Of a stretch of 64,000 nt of DNA, positions 60,440-64,000 are shown piece after piece. Source of the DNA: Felis catus (Eukaryota); the NCBI RefSeq assembly GCF_018350175.1, contig NC_058368.1, positions 154,568,001 to 154,632,000 on the forward strand, given 5' to 3'. Within the stretch, counting starts at the first letter, position 1. Every line of letters begins with the position of its first letter. Under the pieces are notes generated by a model. That model did not search any database, was not told where the DNA came from, and was given only the letters and a program-made list of their open reading frames with translations. The position numbers and the translations under genes were made by a program.

Positions 60440-61639
60440 CCTTTAATAAAATGTAGCACCTGGGCTTTACAACATAGATTATCTTCCAAAACTTAGAATG
60501 TCACCAAAGAATCTACAAATCTTTAACAAATACCTAGGTGATTGTGATGCAGTTGATTCATGAACAAATCTTTGCACAAAAATTCTATTTTTTTTTTGCT
60601 TTTTCTTACCAGATTTTTAAATGTAGAGAACCTAACATAATGTGGCAAATGCTTGAAAACATTTTTAACATTAACTTGCCCTAATTACAGTTGACTATAT
60701 CTAAAATTTTCAGTAGTAAAAAGAATAAAATTGTTTGGTTACAAAAAAACATTTCAAGCCTTATAAATATTTTTATTTGATGACAATCACAAACCTGGAC
60801 GGAAACAATTTGAAGATTGTGCTTTGGTTTTTAATTTAATTTTTAAGATTGTGTATAAAACATTATAAAATGATTGTATTGCAGATAACTATATAAAGGC
60901 ACTACTTATCTATGTTACCTTCAACTGAGTTCATCATAAATTACATTAATTTTTTAAATGAGATATTTCTATTTGGTCTAAAAATTTGAAAGATAATAGT
61001 TCCACTGTAGTAAGTGCAAGATACGGATGCTACTATTATCATAACCACGATAAGAAGTAACAATTATATTTGTGTATATAACTTATAAAATTAATTATTA
61101 TGAAATAATACTTTTTATTTGTTTTATCAACGGATGATTCCTATTCAAAAGTAGTTTATTTAAATCACCTTTTTGGTAGAGTCTGTCTTGTTATAATGAA
61201 TTGATCTGGGTTATACACAATAAAATTATTTAAACCCTAATCCCATGATCCCTAAATGAGATTTAATATAGAAGTCAATGTGGTACACCTGTATTATGTT
61301 CTCTAAGGAGAAATAGAATTCTAATTGAAAACATTTTTATTGTCTTGTATACATTAACCTTATATTTAGAACTTCATGGATATTCAGCAAAGTATAAGTT
61401 CATAAATTTATTTAATAATTTATATACATAATAAATAAAATTAATCCTGATATGTGGGTCAATATTAAAATAAAAATGATAAAAAATTGTTACTTCTTTT
61501 CTTCACTTACACCTGCAACCTCCAAAGTATGACATGATATAAATCATTTTCCTTATCTCAATAGTACATGGAGTTGATTTTTTAAATTGTACAAGTAATA
61601 CATGATCACAATAGAATATCTTAGAAATTTAATATGTTC

Positions 61640-62300
61640 TGTGACCACATTCCATTACATCTAATATCTACTTGTACCTTAATTTATTTAATCCATTTTC
61701 TATCATCACGTTATGGCATTTCTTGTTTTGAGTCATTATAAATAGGTTTGTAGTGAACATCCTTATACGTACACTCATGCAAAAATTACCTCATTATTTC
61801 TTTATTTTACAGTAAGATAATCACTGCATTAAAATATACCTGTATTTTAAAAGCTTTTGATTGATAATAAAAAAAAAGCTTTTGATTGATAATTTAAAAG
61901 TTTTTTATTGATTTTCATCTTCCTGGGCAATGTTTTAACTGAGACTAATGTATTCCTTAACAACGTATATTTTGGGGATGCCTGGGTGGCTCAGTTGGTT
62001 AAATGTCCAACTTCAGTTAAGGTCATGATCTCACAGTTCATGAGTTTGAGCCCCACGTGGGGCTCTGTGCTGACAGCTCAGAGCCTGGGGCCTGTTGTGG
62101 ATTCTGTGTCTCCTTCTCTCTCTCTGCCTCTCCCCTGCAAGTGCTCTCTCTCTCCCTCAAAAATAAATACACATTTTAAAAAATAAATAAAAATGTATAT
62201 TTTTGTCTTGCGTCTTTGCTGAAGTTCTGTTTTTTTTTTTTTTTTCTGTTCATAAGACTGGGGCATTTTTCTTCATGAAACTGAAATTCACTTTGTTAGT
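61640..62300 (-). mobile_element. Old L1ME fragment (hosts a CanSINE)
   Basis: aatttatttaatccattttcta...gtagtgaacatccttatacgtac...attttaaaagcttttga. Confidence 0.6.
61974..62191 (+). mobile_element. CanSINE
   Basis: TSD aacgtatatttt (61962-61973) / aatgtatatttt (62192-62203). Confidence 0.96.
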
Positions 62301-62544
62301 ATAGAAATTTGTTGGATGGTAACTATAGAGGAGATGAGGAAATATGAACCCCACATCAACCCAGAGTTTGTTCTCGAATGAGTACCCTAATAAACTGAAT
62401 TACTATGTTATACATGGATTATCATGCTTCATACAATTATAATTTATTAAAATATCACTCATACTAAATAGTCCTGAATGATTTTTGTATTTGAAGTTTC
62501 AGAAGTCCTTTGTGATTTGGTTTAAGGGTCTTGGATGTTAAACT

Positions 62545-62970
62545 TCATTTATTCATTTAAGTGGCCTTTATTTTATGCCTAACGTGCTAGAAGATTTGGT
62601 GAATACAAAATAATAAAAAAGGTCTTATATACCTAAAGTAAAATGAAATAACCATGCAAAGTCATATGTATTTAGGGTCACACCAGTGGTACAAGCCATG
62701 AGTATTTTTGAATTCAGAGGAACTAGAGTCTACTGTGGCCCAGAGATGTCATAGAAGGTTCATGAAAAGTTTGAATCTTGGGCTGCATATTTAAGAAAGG
62801 AGAGGATTAGGCTATTGAGTGAGGGTAGTGAGGAGGAAAGGCATAGAAAGATAAAAATGAGCAAGGCAGACTTGAAGGACAGTAAATAAATGGAATTAGC
62901 TGAAAGGAAGCTTATGGGTTAAGGAACAATGAAGGGTACATTTGAAAACATGGGACAAACAAATTAGGGA
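62545..62970 (-). mobile_element. L2 3' region
   Basis: ttcatttattcattta...tatgcctaacgtgctag...gaatacaaa...ttcagaggaactagag...gaaggttcatgaaaagtttgaatcttgggctg. Confidence 0.65.
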
Positions 62971-64000
62971 TTAGGCCAATTCACTATTAACCATCATCAT
63001 AAAAGTACTTTCTGAGACATGATACTAAACAAACTCATCAAGACAAAGAGGGAGAAGAGTTGTAAGATTGGACCCAGAACTGGGAAAAACACCCTGGTAG
63101 TAAATGGGGAGGAGTGAGGTACAAATGGGACCATAGAAGATGCAAACATTGGCAATTTCTGTCAGGTAGCCCCAAAACATCCAGGAGATGATTTTTTCTA
63201 TAGCATGTGGGTGGAGTCACTAGCAAAAATAATTCTATCAGAATTATAGGTTAGCTGAAGTTCCCTTTGATTGCTTTCATTTCTGAGACAGATTTCTTTT
63301 ACTCTCCAGGAGGCTAATTTTGTAGATACTGCTGACTACCCAAATCACTTCTCTAGAACTTCACTGATTCTTGAGTTGCTTCTATCCTTCAGACTCTAAA
63401 ATGTTACCTCTCTTTTTTTTTTCTCTTTCCTCATTCTAGTCCAAGAATTGAGGAAGGAAATAATCTGTTTTTCAAATTAAATCACCAAAAAGTGAGAGAA
63501 ATGGTAATGTAAATAATTTCAAGAAAGTAAGGGGGTACTTTTACTTAGGTAGATGGGTCTCCATCCATGAACTCTGATGGATCGAACTTTGAGTTTATGT
63601 TTCTTCTCCAAAATCTTTACTTATTCAAGCAAACTATGGCCAACCCTAGAATATTTAAGTGCCTAATGGTGCGCTCACTGCTGTGGAGTTACTATCTAGT
63701 AATACTTAGTTCAGTCATGTTAAAGTTGACCACTATCTGGAAGACTCTTTCAGTTTTTCTAGAACAAATTTGGGACAGAAGCAAAGAAATAAATGACAGA
63801 TAAAAGAAGAGTTGGGTTGATGATTAGCCAGGAAAGATTAAGGAAACAATGGCATCCCTGAAAGAGCTTGGGCAGCCCTGAAATAACTAGTCATGAACCT
63901 CAAGGTGGGCAGCATAGGGCAGAAACACTGAAGGATTGGGCTAAATGAAAGGGGTAACATGACCAGAGTGTTTAAAGTAGCTAAAACTGAGAAGGGGTGT

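Larger units (their letters stand above)
58820..60585 (+). mobile_element. MER5-like MITE split by L1 (halves ~58820-58870 and ~60445-60585)
   Basis: Left half actctcagatttaattgtagatcaaaggttatttgggaagctt; right half ctgggc...aagaatctacaaatctttaacaaatacctaggtgattgtgatgcagttg...atctttg. Confidence 0.6.

Noticed and set aside
1..64000. CRISPR array, operon or other prokaryotic/viral system
   Set aside because: No regularly spaced repeats or long ORFs; the sequence is mammalian repeat-laden non-coding DNA.

Overview
This is AT-rich mammalian (carnivore, felid-type) non-coding DNA, most likely a large intron or intergenic gene desert. It has no intact protein-coding gene, CpG island, RNA gene or prokaryote-type system; the supplied ORFs are LINE-1 remnants, SINE/LTR read-throughs or chance frames. 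I recognise 19 tRNA-derived CanSINEs (one of a young small-cat type), carnivore and older L1 fragments, L2 and MIR relics, MaLR/ERVL LTRs, and DNA transposon fossils (MER58A, MER5, MER20, Charlie1b, Tigger1 derivative). The most notable observations are: (1) a near full-length, very ancient AmnSINE1 (5S-Deu SINE) on the minus strand at ~30.8-31.3 kb, a family with documented exaptation as developmental enhancers; (2) a 69-nt minus-strand exon candidate at 54035-54103 with a 116-nt AG-free pyrimidine tract; (3) a ~12-kb block nearly free of young repeats that looks regulatory; (4) several clear retrotransposition scars (nested or inverted SINEs, a poly(A)-only insertion, a microhomology-type L1 deletion). 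I found no previously undescribed system that I can support. Repeat family names come from recalled consensus sequences, not a database search, and boundaries of old repeats are approximate.
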